64,000 bases of DNA from Macrostomum hystrix (Eukaryota > Animalia > Platyhelminthes): NCBI GenBank assembly GCA_950097015.1, contig CATNEN010000038.1, positions 26,660,001 through 26,724,000 on the forward strand. Reading direction: 5' to 3'. Every line of letters starts with the position of its first letter. The stretch's first letter is position 1. Shown here in pieces: positions 47,501 through 59,095 of this stretch. The notes beneath the pieces are model-generated. The model was not told the origin of the DNA. It did not search any database and worked only from the letters and a program-made list of their open reading frames with translations. Position numbers and translations under genes: made by a program.

Positions 47501-50500
47501 TGAATAACTTTTAAGAAGATCCTGAGCCCACCACTGCAGCAATTGGTGCAGAGTTTATCATCTCTAAGCGCCTAGCGAGATTTTCTGCCGCGAATCCTGA
47601 ACCCATCTTCTGTATGACTCATCGACTGTAAAAATAGACATGGACTCGGCAGACGCGGCGACCACCCGCTAAGTGAATTACCTTGCCAAGACTCCAGGAG
47701 CCGATTTTTTTAACTGTTCTCCTCTTACCGAAATGGTGACGCGTTGGAAGCATTAGGACTGACTGACTTGAATGTGAAGGGTAAGAATATACGGCTCACA
47801 AACACACACGGATCCCAACTGATCCTCCAGCTCCAGTCCTTCCCTCCCACACGAAATTGGTTTTCCCCAACACCTTTCCTCCCCTCCCCTCTCTGTCTCT
47901 CTTCCCTCTCATCTGTCTCTCTTCCCTATCATCTGTCTCTCTCTCCTCTCATCTGTCTCTCTTCCCTCTCATCTGTCTCTCTTCCCTCTCATCTGTCTCT
48001 CTCCCCTCTCATCGCGTCTGGAGTTGCCTTGGTTCGAATCCTGATTTCAATTTTTTCGATACATATCGGAATCGATTCAAACATTTGATTTTTTTAATTC
48101 AATGGGCAGTGTCTTCTCTCCTCTCTCCCGCTCTCTCTCCCCCTCTCTCCCTCTCTCTCCCTCCCTCTCATCAGTCTGTCTCCCCTCTCATCTCCGTCTC
48201 TCTTCCCTCTCATCTCTGTCTCTCCCATATACACCGTATCTCCCATCATCTCTGGGCTCTCTGGTTTAGGCACATCAACAATGACCCGGCCTCACCCGAT
48301 GAAACGCCTCAGCGCAGCCCGAGTGTAGCACAATCTTGCAGGCGGCACACTTCTTTTTTATTCCGCTTTTCTGCGATGAAAGAGTGGAGGTGGGAGAGTC
48401 AGGCAAGCTGAGGGTGAGGGGTCAGGGGAGCGGAGGGTCAGCGGAGCGGAGGGTCAGGAGAGCGGAGGGTGGGAGGGTCAGGAGAGCGGAGGGTGGGGGA
48501 GCGGAGGGTGGGAAGGTCAGGGGATAGGAGGGTGGGAGAGCGGAGGGTGGGAGGGTCAGGGGAGCGGAGTGTGGGAGGGTCAGGGGAGCGGAGGGTCAGG
48601 AGAGCGGAGGGTCAGGAGAGCGGAGGGTGGGGGAGCGGAGGGTGGGAGGGTCAGGGACAAGCTAACCAAACACTCGGATTCGCCGACGTAGCAGAACTCG
48701 CTGCTTGAAGCGCTGTCAAACCAGACGTGCTCTCCGTTGACAGCGTCAGACTGAAAAAAAGAGAAAACATTTTTGTAAGACTCGCTAGCTTAGTTGATTT
48801 ATGCCTATCGCAATTTCCAGGCTGATTGAGTTTCCCCTTTGTAACTGTCTTAGCCTGTAATATTAGTTTTGTGCTAGTTTTTCTATCAAATACGAGCTAT
48901 TAAAAGGCGTTGATCTCTGTTAGGCCTCATTTGACAATAAAGCGATTTGACATGCGAAATGGTTGTGCTTTAAGGGATTATTTGAGAGAGGGGAGAGAGT
49001 GATCAGAGGGGAGAGGGTGATCAGAGGGGAGAGGGTGATCAGAGGGGAGAGAGTGATGAGAGGGGAGAGAGTGATGAGAGGGGAGAGGGTGATGAGAGGG
49101 GAGAGAGTGATGAGAGGGGAGAGAGTGATGAGAGGGGAGAGGGTGATGAGAGGGGAGAGAGTGATGAGAGGGGAGAGAGTGATGAGAGGGGAGAGGGTGA
49201 TGAGAGGGGAGAGAGTGATGAGAGGGGAGAGAGTGATGAGAGGGGAGAGAGTGATGAGAGGGGAGAGAGTGATGAGAGGGGAGAGAGTGATGAGAGGGGA
49301 GAGAGTGATGAGAGGGGAGAGAGTGATGAGAGGGGAGAGAGTGATGAGAGGGGAGAGAGTGATGAGAAGGAGAGAGTGATGAGAGGGGAGAGAGTGATGA
49401 GAGGGGAGAGAGTGATGAGAGGGGAGAGAGTGATGAGAGGGGAGAGAGTGATGAGAGGGGAGAGAGTGATGAGAAGGAGAGAGTGATGAGAAGGAGAGAG
49501 TGATGAGAGGGGAGAGAGTGATGAGAAGGAGAGAGTGATGAGAGGGGAGAGAGTGATGAGAGGGGAGAGAGTGATGAGAGGGGAGAGAGTGATGAGAGGG
49601 GAGAGAGTGATGAGAAGGAGAGAGTGATGAGAAGGAGAGAGTGATGAGAGGGGAGAGAGTGATGAGAAGGAGAGAGTGATGAGAAGGAGAGAGTGATGAG
49701 AAGGAGAGAGTGATGAGAGGGGAGAGAGTGATGAGAGGGAAGAGAGTGATGAGAGGGGAGAGAGTGATGAGAAGGAGAGAGTGATGAGAGGGGAGAGTGA
49801 TGAGAGGGGAGAGAGTGATGAGAGGGGAGAGAGTGATGAGAGGGAAGAGAGTGATGAGAGGGGAGAGAGTGATGAGAAGGAGAGAGTGATGAGAAGGAGA
49901 GAGTGATGAGAGGGGAGAGGGTGATGAGAGGGGAGAGAGTGATGAGAGGGGAGAGAGTGATGAGAGGGGAGAGAGTGATGAGAGGGGAGAGAGTGATGAG
50001 AGGGGAGAGAGTGATGAGAGGGGAGAGAGTGATGAGAGGGGAGAGAGTGATGAGAGGGGAGAGAGTGATGAGAAGGAGAGAGTGATGAGAAGGAGAGAGT
50101 GATGAGAGGGGAGAGAGTGATGAGAAGGAGAGAGTGATGAGAAGGAGAGAGTGATGAGAAGGAGAGAGTGATGAGAGGGGAGAGAGTGATGAGAGGGAAG
50201 AGAGTGATGAGAGGGGAGAGAGTGATGAGAAGGAGAGAGTGATGAGAGGGGAGAGTGATGAGAGGGGAGAGAGTGATGAGAGGGGAGAGAGTGATGAGAG
50301 GGAAGAGAGTGATGAGAGGGGAGAGAGTGATGAGAAGGAGAGAGTGATGAGAAGGAGAGAGTGATGAGAGGGGAGAGAGTGATGAGAGGGAAGAGAGTGA
50401 TGAGAGGGGAGAGAGTGATGAGAAGGAGAGAGTGATGAGAGGGGAGAGAGTGATCAGAGGGGAGAGAGTGATGAGAGTGATTGAATTGGTTCTGATGGGA

Positions 50501-53500
50501 GGTTAATAAAAATCACAGAAAAGCCGAATAGAGGGACATAGAAGAGCAAACAAACTGAGATGGGGGCAGATGACGAGTGAGTTTAGTAGAGAGGCTCGCT
50601 GTGAGTTGATGAGAATCTGTGGGCACCAGTCTCCAGTTACCACCCCCCCAGTCCCCCACCCCCGAGAGTGAGCCGAAGAAGGCTCTCCGTCCCAGGCAAG
50701 AGGATGATTGAAGGCCAAAGCGCAATCGTGCTAAAACTCCGGCACTGTTTATCAACAGGAAAGGAAATCAACACAGGAGGCGGCAGTGCAATATTAAATG
50801 CGACTCACACCCCAGTCGATGGAGGAGTTCCATTCTTTGGCTGCCTCCGCCTGCTGCTGCTGCTGCTGGCCCAGGCCAACTCCTGTCGAGGCTATGTGAA
50901 GCAGCTTTCTGCAATATAGATTAGCGTTGCTCAAAAAACTACATAAGAAATACGCTTGCTAAGGAATAAACTGATCCAAATCTTAAAAAAATAACTATGA
51001 AAAAATTATACTGCGCTATCCGATTAACCAGATTCGCTTGACAGGCTGCTATTTACTTCTAGGCAGTCCTTTTCCCCGCCAACTATAATTCAAGCACGTG
51101 ACTTGAAGTTGCAGCTATTTTTAGAAAAGCTTCCGGGGAATCCCATTTTTTCGACTGACACGTGACTGACCACGAAAATGCTGCTATTTTTAGAAAAGGT
51201 TTAAGGGAAACCTGTTTTATCTACAAACAACTCAAGCACGTGACTGACCTTAAGGTTTTTACTCTTAGAAATAATTTTATGGGGAATTCCTGGTTTTAAT
51301 GCTTTGAAAGAAACCTTAATGAAAATAGACTGGAGAACATGGAGAATAGCTGACTCTGATGGACCGGTTCTGTTGCTATCTTATCAACTCAGCCAATCGA
51401 ATTTAAGTGGCAGTCTTGCGCTCCGATATTTTCGTCATCACGATTAACGAGCTGCACTGAACTCGCCTACCGTTAATTAGACCAAAGTTAAGCCCTGTCA
51501 AATCTTGACTGGACTGAATTAGGCCTACCTTAGCCGAATTATTTAGCAATTAGGAAATCATTAAAGTAAAGAAAATAAGTTCTTTGTTGTGGGAAAATTA
51601 GCAGCTCTTAATTCTGTCTTAGCTTGTCGGATTTTTCTAGAAACTCGATTTAAAAATTCAATGAAGATGGCCTTTGGCTGCATTTTCTAATGACATTGAC
51701 AATTCATGTTGTGATAACCTTGCTAGTTGATAAAAACAAAGGAAACTGTTGCTTTAATAAAACAATGCTGTTAATTTAGGATATTGTTTCTACTTTTCAT
51801 CGTCAATCCCTTACATACTTCTTCTGATTGTCCACTTCCTTAGACGAATTATTATTACAGCTGATAATACTCACTTCCTAACTCGCTCCCTTATCTACTC
51901 ACTTCCTAACTCGCTCCCTTATCTACTCACTTCCTAACTCACCCCCTTATCTACTATCTTGCTAACTCGCTCCCTTATCTACTCACTTCCTAACTCGCTC
52001 CCTTATCTACTCACTTCCTAACTCGCTCCCTTATCTACTCACTTCCTAACTCGCTCCCTTATCTACTCACTTCCTAACTCGCTCCCTTATCTACTCACTT
52101 CCTAACTCACCCCCTTATCTACTCACTTCCTAACTCGCTCCCTTATCTACTCACTTCCTAACTCGCTCCCTTATCTACTCACTTCCTAACTCGCTCCCTT
52201 ATCTACTCACTTCCTAACTCACCCCCTTATCTACTATCTTGCTAACTCGCTCCCTTATCTACTCACTTCCTAACTCACCCCCTTATCTACTCACTTCCTA
52301 ACTCGCTCCCTTATCTACTCACTTCCTAACTCGCTCCCTTATCTACTCACTTCCTAACTCACCCCCTTATCTACTATCTTGCTAACTCGCTCCCTTATCT
52401 ACTCACTTCCTAACTCGCTCCCTTATCTACTCACTTCCTAACTCGCTCCCTTATCTACTCACTTCCTAACTCGCTCCCTTATCTACTCACTTCCTAACTC
52501 GCTCCCTTATCTACTCACTTCCTAACTCGCTCCCTTATCTACTCACTTCCTAACTCGCTCCCTTATCTACTCACTTCCTAACTCACCCCCTTATCTACTA
52601 TCTTGCTAACTCGCTCCCTTATCTACTCACTTCCTAACTCGCTCCCTTATCTACTCACTTCCTAACTCACTCCCTTATCTACTCACTTCCTAACTCGCTC
52701 CCTTATCTACTCACTTCCTAACTCACCCCCTTATCTACTCACTTCCTAACTCGCTCCCTTATCTACTCACTTCCTAACTCGCTCCCTTATCTACTCACTT
52801 CCTAACTCACCCCCTTATCTACTATCTTGCTAACTCGCTCCCTTATCTACTCACTTCCTAACTCGCTCCCTTATCTACTCACTTCCTAACTCGCTCCCTT
52901 ATCTACTCACTTCCTAACTCGCTCCCTTATCTACTCACTTCCTAACTCGCTCCCTTATCTACTCAATTCCTAACTCGCTCCCTTATCTACTATCTTGCTA
53001 ACTCGCTCCCTTATCTACTATCTTGCTAACTCGCTCCCTTGTTTACTAACTATTTATTGCCTCGTCTACTTAAAATTATATTACTAAAGTTTTTCTAAAC
53101 ATATATGCTTAAATGTGAAAAACTTCCGTTTCATTTTTGCTAAAACACAAAAATCAAGATGCTTAAAAAGCCTTATACTCGTATTTACTTAAATTATTCA
53201 TCTCTTTAACTGTCCAGAGCGCAATAGAATATTATCGGAATATCCTAAATCTAGGACTACAGAATGACACCATTCACAGAGGTTTATTAATGCAAACCAC
53301 TAATGCACTTTACACCCGGCCTTGTCTGTCTGACAAAAATTTTAATTCAACTTTTTTTTCTTTTTTTTCTTTTCGCATATGCAGAAACACACCTCCAACA
53401 AACTCGTTAAATGATAATAAACAAAAGCACGAGTTAGAAAAGCTATTAATATACATTCTAAATTTTCAAACTGTAAACAAAATATGCTGACAGTAACACA

Positions 53501-56500
53501 ACCACATGTACAAGCTAATTGACTCGAAAGCTAAAAAATCTAAAACAAGAGAAAATTAGTTTAAAAACACAGAAAAAGCAAATGCCGAATTGCTTACAAA
53601 AAGTGGATCAACCTGAAAATTTGAGCACAGTGTTGGTATTTGATGATGCGGTGAAATAGTAATTAATTGTACAGAGGTAGGAAATAGAGGGCAAAACACT
53701 TGAGAGATTGTAATCAGCGTCAATTAAATAAAAATTGCCATTCCTAATATGGAGATTATAATTAAACAGCTTTGATTTCCAACGAGAAGCCTGGGCGGAT
53801 TGCTAAGGGGCGGATTGTTAAGGGGGCGGATTGCTAAGGTGACGGATTGCTAAGCGGTGGATTGCTAAGGGGCGGATTGTTAAGGGGGCGGATTGCTAAG
53901 GTGACGGATTACTAAGCGGTGGATTGCTAAGGGGGCGGATTGCTAAGGGGGGCGGATTGCTAAGGTGACGGATTGCTGAGCGGCGGATTGCTAAGGGGGC
54001 GGATTGCTAAGGGGCGGATTGCTAAGGGGCGGATTGCTAAGGGGGTGGATTGCTAAGGGGGCGGATTGCTAAGGGGCGGATTGCTAAGGGGCGGATTGCT
54101 AAGGGGGTGGATTGCAATGGGGGCGGATTACTAAGGGGGCGGATAGCTAAGGGGGCGGATTGCTAAGGGGGCGGATTGCTAAGGGGGCGGATTGCTAAGG
54201 GGCGGATTGTTAAGGGGGCGGATTGGTAAGGTGACGGATTGCTAAGCGGCAGACTGCTAAGGGGTCGGATTGCTAAGGGGCGAATTGTTAAGGGGGCGGA
54301 TTGCTAAGGGGCGGATTGCTAAGTTGACGGATTGCTAAGGGGCGGATTGTTAAGGGGGTGGATTGCTAAGGGGGCGGATTGCTAAGGGGCGGATTGCTAA
54401 GGGGCGGATTGCTAAGGGGGTGGATTGCAAAGGGGGTGGATTGCAATGGGGGCGGATTACTAAGGGGGCGGATAGCTAAGGGGGCGGATTGCTAAGGGGG
54501 CGGATTGCAAAGGGGGGCGGTTGCTAAGCGTGCGGATTGCTAAGCGGCAGACTGCTAAGGGGGCGGATTGCTAAGGGGCGGATTGTTAAGGGGGCGGATT
54601 GGTAAGGTGACGGATTGCTAAGCGGCAGGCTGCTAAGGGGTCGGATTGCTAAGGGGCGAATTGTTAAGGAAGCGGATTGCTAAGGGGCGGATTGCTAAGT
54701 TGACGGATTGCTAAGGGGCGGATTGCTAAGTTGACGGATTGCTAAGGGGCGGATTGCTAAGTTGACGGATTGCTAAGTGGCGGATTGTTAAGGGGGTGGA
54801 TTGCTAAGGGGGCGGATTGCAAACGGGGCGGATTGCTAAGGGGGCGGATTGCAAACGGGGCGGATTGCTAAGGGGGCGGATAGCTAAGGGGGCGGATTGC
54901 TAAGGGGGCGGATTGCAAAGGGGGGCGGTTGCTAAGCGTGCGGATTGCTAAGCGGCAGACTGCTAAGGGGGCGGATTGCTAAGGGGCGGATTGTTAAGGG
55001 GGCGGATTGGTAAGGTGACGGATTGCTAAGCGGCAGACTGCTAAGGGGTCGGATTGCTAAGGGGCGAATTGTTAAGGGGGCGGATTGCTAAGGGGCGGAT
55101 TGCTAAGTTGACGGATTGCTAAGGGGCGGATTGTTAAGGGGGCGGATTGTTAAGGGGCGGATTGCTAAGTTGACGGATTGCTAAGTGGCGGATTGTTAAG
55201 GGGGTGGATTGCTAAGGGGGCGGATTGCAAACGGGGCGGATTGCTAAGGGGGCGGATTGCAAACGGGGCGGATTGCTAAGGGGGCGGATTGCTCACTGTA
55301 AGTGGCGGACTGCTAAAGGGGTTAAAAGCACTTGGTGGAAATCAGAGGAGTAGGAAATTCAAGGGCCGGGTTGGTGAGACAGCTGGTTACTGATGACTGT
55401 AGAAATGTTTCAACGGGCTCAGTGAATCGCGAGTTCGTCAAAGCTTTGCTGAATTGCAATTTTTTCTAGGAAATGCTTGAATAGAGAAACACGCGAGCTA
55501 AGAGCTTCCTTATAGATGGATCCAGCATTTTTCAAATATTGTCACATTTTTCTCCCTCACAGTCTCGCATCCCTTCGGTCTAACTATAGCCAAGCCGCCA
55601 ACAATGCTCTAGCTTGTGCGGAAGCCAGCGCAAGGTATAAAAGTACACCCCGGGGGTAGTCTGCCAGCAGCATTTTGTTGTGTGTCTGGCAGAATGTTCG
55701 CCTGGAAATTCACCTGCTGGGGCGGCGAGGGATGCGACAAAAAATACCCAAAAACTGGAGGGTTTCACTGGGATTAGATGGCACTAGTGATAGTCTGAGT
55801 GTTGGGAAGAGGATGAGACTAAGACTGGTGAAATCAGTCCTACTGGGATATCAGAGAATTGGGAAGCTTAAGTGGGCCGGCGCATTTTCGGTTGAGAGCG
55901 CAGATCGAAAGACACCCAGTGGATGACAGGTACCTTGTCACCTGGCTTTGAGAGCGCATGTGAGTGGCAAATACAGCTGATAATATGAAGGCGAGGCCAT
56001 ACTGACTTATACTTGCAGGATCTAATGCCGTACATGGCTTGGTATATTCCAGCTGTGAAAGATTGACGGAGTGACGGAGAGACGGAGTGACGGAGTGACG
56101 GAGTGACGGAGTGACGGAGTGACGGAGTGACGGAGTGACGAAGTGACGGAGTGACGGAGTGACGGAGTGACGGAGTGACGGAGTGACGGAGTGACGGAGT
56201 GACGGAGTGACGGAGTGACGGAGTGACGGAGTGACGGAGTGACGGAGTGACGGAGTGACGGAGTTACGGAGTGACGGAGTGACGGAGTGACGGAGAGACG
56301 GAGTGACGGAGTGACGGAGTGACTGAGTGACGAAGTGACGGAGTGACGGAGTGACTGAGTGACGAAGTGACGGAGTGACGGAGTGACGGAGAGACGGAGT
56401 GACGGAGTGGCAGAGTGACAAAATGAGGGACTGATAGTGAGAGTGTGATGGAGTGACGGAGTGACAGATTTAGAGTGACCAGTAGAATTTCAGCATGCAC

Positions 56501-58110
56501 CAAGCAAGGCTGGCTCGTGAGATTGTGAGTTTATTCTCTAAAGGGGAAATTTCGTTGGGTGTGGCTCTAATCCCCCTGCGTGCTCCCAGTTTGAGTACAT
56601 TATAGGAAAGGTAGACAATCGCGGTAAGCCCACAACCTGCTAAATTTCTATGGAATTAATAAATCCTAAAACAATATGAAAGTGTTCTCTATAAGCTTCT
56701 GGACCTCCGATTTATTTTCAATTCAAAGGAAAACATTAGGGTTTAAAATGACACTGGATTTAATTTTTGTTCTTTAAGATTATTTTCCATTTTTTAATCC
56801 TCGCAGCTACTAGGGAAAATGTAATTATTTAAACTGCTCAAAAAGGAATTCTTAGAATACAAAGATGAGACACGGGAGAGATGAGAGACGGAAGAGATGA
56901 GACACGGGAGAGATGAGACACGGGAGAGATGAGACACGTGAGAGAGGAGACACGGGAGAGATGAGACACCAGAGAGATAAGACACCAGAGAGATGAGACA
57001 CGGGAGAGATGAGACACGAGTGAGATGAGACACGGGAGAGATGAGACATGGGAGAAATGAGACACGGGAAAGATGAGACACCAGAGAGATGAGACACCAG
57101 AGAGATAAGACACCAGAGAGATGAGACACGGGAGAGATGAGACACGGTAGAGATGAGACACGGGAGAGATGAAACACGGGAGAGATGAGACACTCAATGA
57201 TATTTTAAATCGTTGTCAAACAAAAAATCAAAGACTTGGCTACTCACGCTATCGAAGCTTTGCCTCCACCCTCTGCGCCGCCGCCGCTTCCCCTGGAGGC
57301 AGCGCGCGGAGAGTTGGAGCCGCTCGCTGATCCACCGGATTCTCCGCTGCGTCGGCGCGACATCGCCGCGGAGGCAGCGACATCAAAGGATTTGGCGCGC
57401 GGCTTGGCGACGGCGTCAGCGGCAGCGCCGGCTGCGTTGCTTGCTGAGCCGGCAGCGCCCGCCTCATCTCCGGAGGCAGCAGCTGTGGTTGCCGCGTTGC
57501 CAGTCGCAGTTTTGCCACCTTTGCCCCGGCGCAGCCAACAGGCGTCCAAGGAGCTGCTGCGCATTTTTCCTTGACCGATGACGCCACCGCCGCTGCTGCC
57601 ACCGCCACCCGTGTAGCTCGGCGCCGGGACCTGCAGCAGATTGGCCACAGCCCCGACTGCCGACTGCAGCCTCGGCTCCTCCTCGGTAGGCTCGGTCTCC
57701 GTCTCCTTGGCCTGGCGCTGCTGCATCAGCGCGCAGTGGACGCACATTCGAGGAATCTCCAGCGAACGGCCGCGCTTCCGCCCACCGCCGAGGCTTGGCA
57801 GGGCTAGCCAGCCGAAGATTCCCCGTACGCTGCCGCCGGGGACGCCGCCGCGAGCCGCGCTGGCGCCGATGGCTTCGTCTGGCGAGCTGCTGGCAGCTTG
57901 CGAATCCTCTTGACCGGCGCGACAGTCGGTCACGTCGTAGCTGTTCGATCTGGGCTTGTTAATCTGCAGGGTGGCAGTGTCAGACACGAGTTCCCTCACG
58001 GCCACAGCTGACAGACTGTCCTCTGCCTCGCTGTCAGCAGCCTCCAGCTCTTCGTCTGGAACCAGATGCTCAACTACAATGGGAATCGGTGACACAGCCC
58101 TTTCTGACAT
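35496..58110 (-). CDS. DGKZ: Type IV diacylglycerol kinase (DGK zeta/iota, rdgA-like), ~1039 aa, 17 exons
   Basis: Exons 58110-57248, 50908-50809, 48750-48667, 48370-48296, 46361-46290, 45332-45222, 41755-41100, 40862-40621, 40484-40429, 39935-39873, 39780-39595, 37895-37809, 37744-37644, 36910-36813, 36719-36631, 35820-35757, 35668-35496 (3120 nt, all GT-AG, phases consistent). C1 motifs: IDW..AVNGEHVW..FCYVGE, KCAACKIVLH, FRCKPTFRE, HHWVHRRR.NGKC, AIACSWCK.AYH. Catalytic motifs: NAKSGGN, GGDGT, PLGTGNDL, FNNYFSLG.DA, EFHESREANPERFNSR, DDGLVEV, IPIQIDGEPW. Co-orthologue of DGKZ/DGKI. Exon 1 linkage is inferred from phase. Confidence 0.92.
35905..36530. repeat. ~12-bp-based satellite (agctactcaatc) with a 111-bp higher-order repeat, DGK intron 15
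   Basis: The marker ctctgtttata occurs at 35920, 36031, 36142 and 36253. Confidence 0.9.
36964..37358. repeat. 16-bp satellite (ctcatctctcccgtgt), DGK intron 13
   Basis: About 25 copies. Reverse complement of the array at 56863-57193. Confidence 0.96.
37370..37495 (-). mobile_element. Copy D (inverted, truncated) of the dispersed element
   Basis: The minus strand reads gcccttgagggccaacctccaaggcacagtgagagtgtacatttcctgacaatg...gatttgcctcctcactggctgcatgtctactgtca, matching copy C. Confidence 0.68.
38090..39580. repeat. 34-bp AT-rich minisatellite (tcttattctatagcttatcgatcgtttatcaata), DGK intron 11
   Basis: About 43 copies. Starts ~15 nt from the donor at 39594. Confidence 0.96.
41815..44050. 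repeat. 14-bp satellite (ggagggtagctaat), DGK intron 6
   Basis: About 160 copies. Confidence 0.97.
44695..45210. repeat. 22-bp minisatellite (caggtcatagaagctagcaccc), DGK intron 6
   Basis: About 23 copies, ~12 nt from the donor at 45221. Confidence 0.95.
45455..46272. repeat. 35/23-bp minisatellite (aacagtcactctcacctgtactcacacctgccatc), DGK intron 5
   Basis: Tandem periodicity with long and short units. Confidence 0.94.
46383..46420. repeat. Short interstitial telomeric repeat (TTAGGG)n
   Basis: Four perfect copies at 46395-46418 plus one at 46383. Confidence 0.8.
47880..48230. repeat. CT-rich ~21-bp repeat (cttccctctcatctgtctct), DGK intron 4
   Basis: Tandem or degenerate copies in two blocks. 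Confidence 0.75.
48385..48660. repeat. G-rich degenerate repeat (gggtcaggggagcggag) filling DGK intron 3
   Basis: Tandem degenerate units. Confidence 0.8.
48985..50478. repeat. 18/17-bp purine-rich satellite (gagagtgatgagagggga), DGK intron 2
   Basis: About 84 copies. Confidence 0.96.
51040..51300. promoter_or_regulatory. Triplicated module: CACGTGAC E-box + MEF2-like CTATTTTTAG + GGGGAAT(T)CC
   Basis: Three CACGTGAC 64-78 bp apart, two perfect CTATTTTTAG, located 130-400 bp upstream of DGK exon 2. Confidence 0.4.
51868..53045. repeat. 28-bp minisatellite (ctactcacttcctaactcgctcccttat), DGK intron 1
   Basis: About 42 copies. Confidence 0.96.
53793..55295. repeat. 15/16-bp G-rich satellite (ggggcggattgctaa), DGK intron 1
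   Basis: About 95 copies with variant blocks. Confidence 0.95.
56065..56465. repeat. 8-bp microsatellite (gagtgacg), DGK intron 1
   Basis: About 45 copies. Confidence 0.95.
56863..57193. repeat. 16-bp satellite (gagatgagacacggga), inverted relative to 36964-37358
   Basis: About 20 copies, ~54 nt from the DGK exon-1 donor. Confidence 0.95.
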
Positions 58111-58734
58111 TTCTTTGTTGTCTGTTTTGAAAACTCTTCTTCAACGCTTGTCGTTGGATGAGTCCCGGATCTCCCGGATGGTTGTTAGCAGGTTCCTTTA
58201 AGCTGTGCAAATTCTGCAGTAGAAGCCCAGCTGGATTGTGATTGGCTGGCCCAGTGTGAGCCAATTGCTTTAGAGACAACTGCAAAACGACTGATTTGCG
58301 GGGGTGGGTGAAGGCTTTTTGTCAAATAGCGAGTTCATTATCGATCGCGTTTGACGCTATACCTTGTCTCTCACTCTCTTATCTCTATGTGAGTGTGTGT
58401 GTTTCACTTGAAACAAAATACAAGCCCATATTGTTGATTGCCCGAGTACTGTAAGCAAATCCTGAAGTAGGGTAGTAGAGGATTTTAGTGCATTCCCATC
58501 TGCCCGCCCTGGCTGTACTGAGCTCAGTGCCGACTGAAGAGCCAAGAGGCATTTCAACAATAAGCAGCAAAACCATTTCAAAATTCGCTTGGCTTTGTGG
58601 CTATTTTTAGCTCAGGAAATTACTAAACTGCACCAGCAACTAGCTACTGGCCCCAGAAAAACATCACGTGATTGAGAAATATCGGAAACAGCAAAATATC
58701 GAGGCAATAGTCGCTGAAAACCGTTTTGGCTTGC

Positions 58735-59095
58735 CCACCAGTTTTAACAAAGTCATTAGACACCCTCGTTTTAACAAAAAAACGATAAGCTCACCAGTTT
58801 TAAAAAAACCGTCAGACACCCTCGTTTTAACAAAAAAACAATGAGCTCACCAGTTTTAACAAAGTCATTAGACACCCTCGTTTTAACAAAAAAACAATGA
58901 GCTCACCAGTTTTAACAAAATCATTAGACACCCTCGTTTTAATAAAAAAACAATTAGCCCACCAGTTTTAACAAAATCATTAGACACCCTCGTTTTAACA
59001 AAAACAATAAGCCAACAAGTTTTAACTAAATTATCAGACAACCTCGTTTTAACAAAAAAACAATTAGCCGACCAGTTTTAACAAAAAGCAACTGA
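58735..59095. repeat. ~57-bp minisatellite (caccagttttaacaaagtcattagacaccctcgttttaacaaaaaaacaatgagct)
   Basis: About 6 copies built from two related half-units. Confidence 0.88.

Noticed and set aside
57244-58110. Independent single-exon gene
   Set aside because: It ends at a gtgagt donor in phase 2 that matches DGK exon 2, so I treat it as DGK exon 1. The linkage is not transcript-verified.
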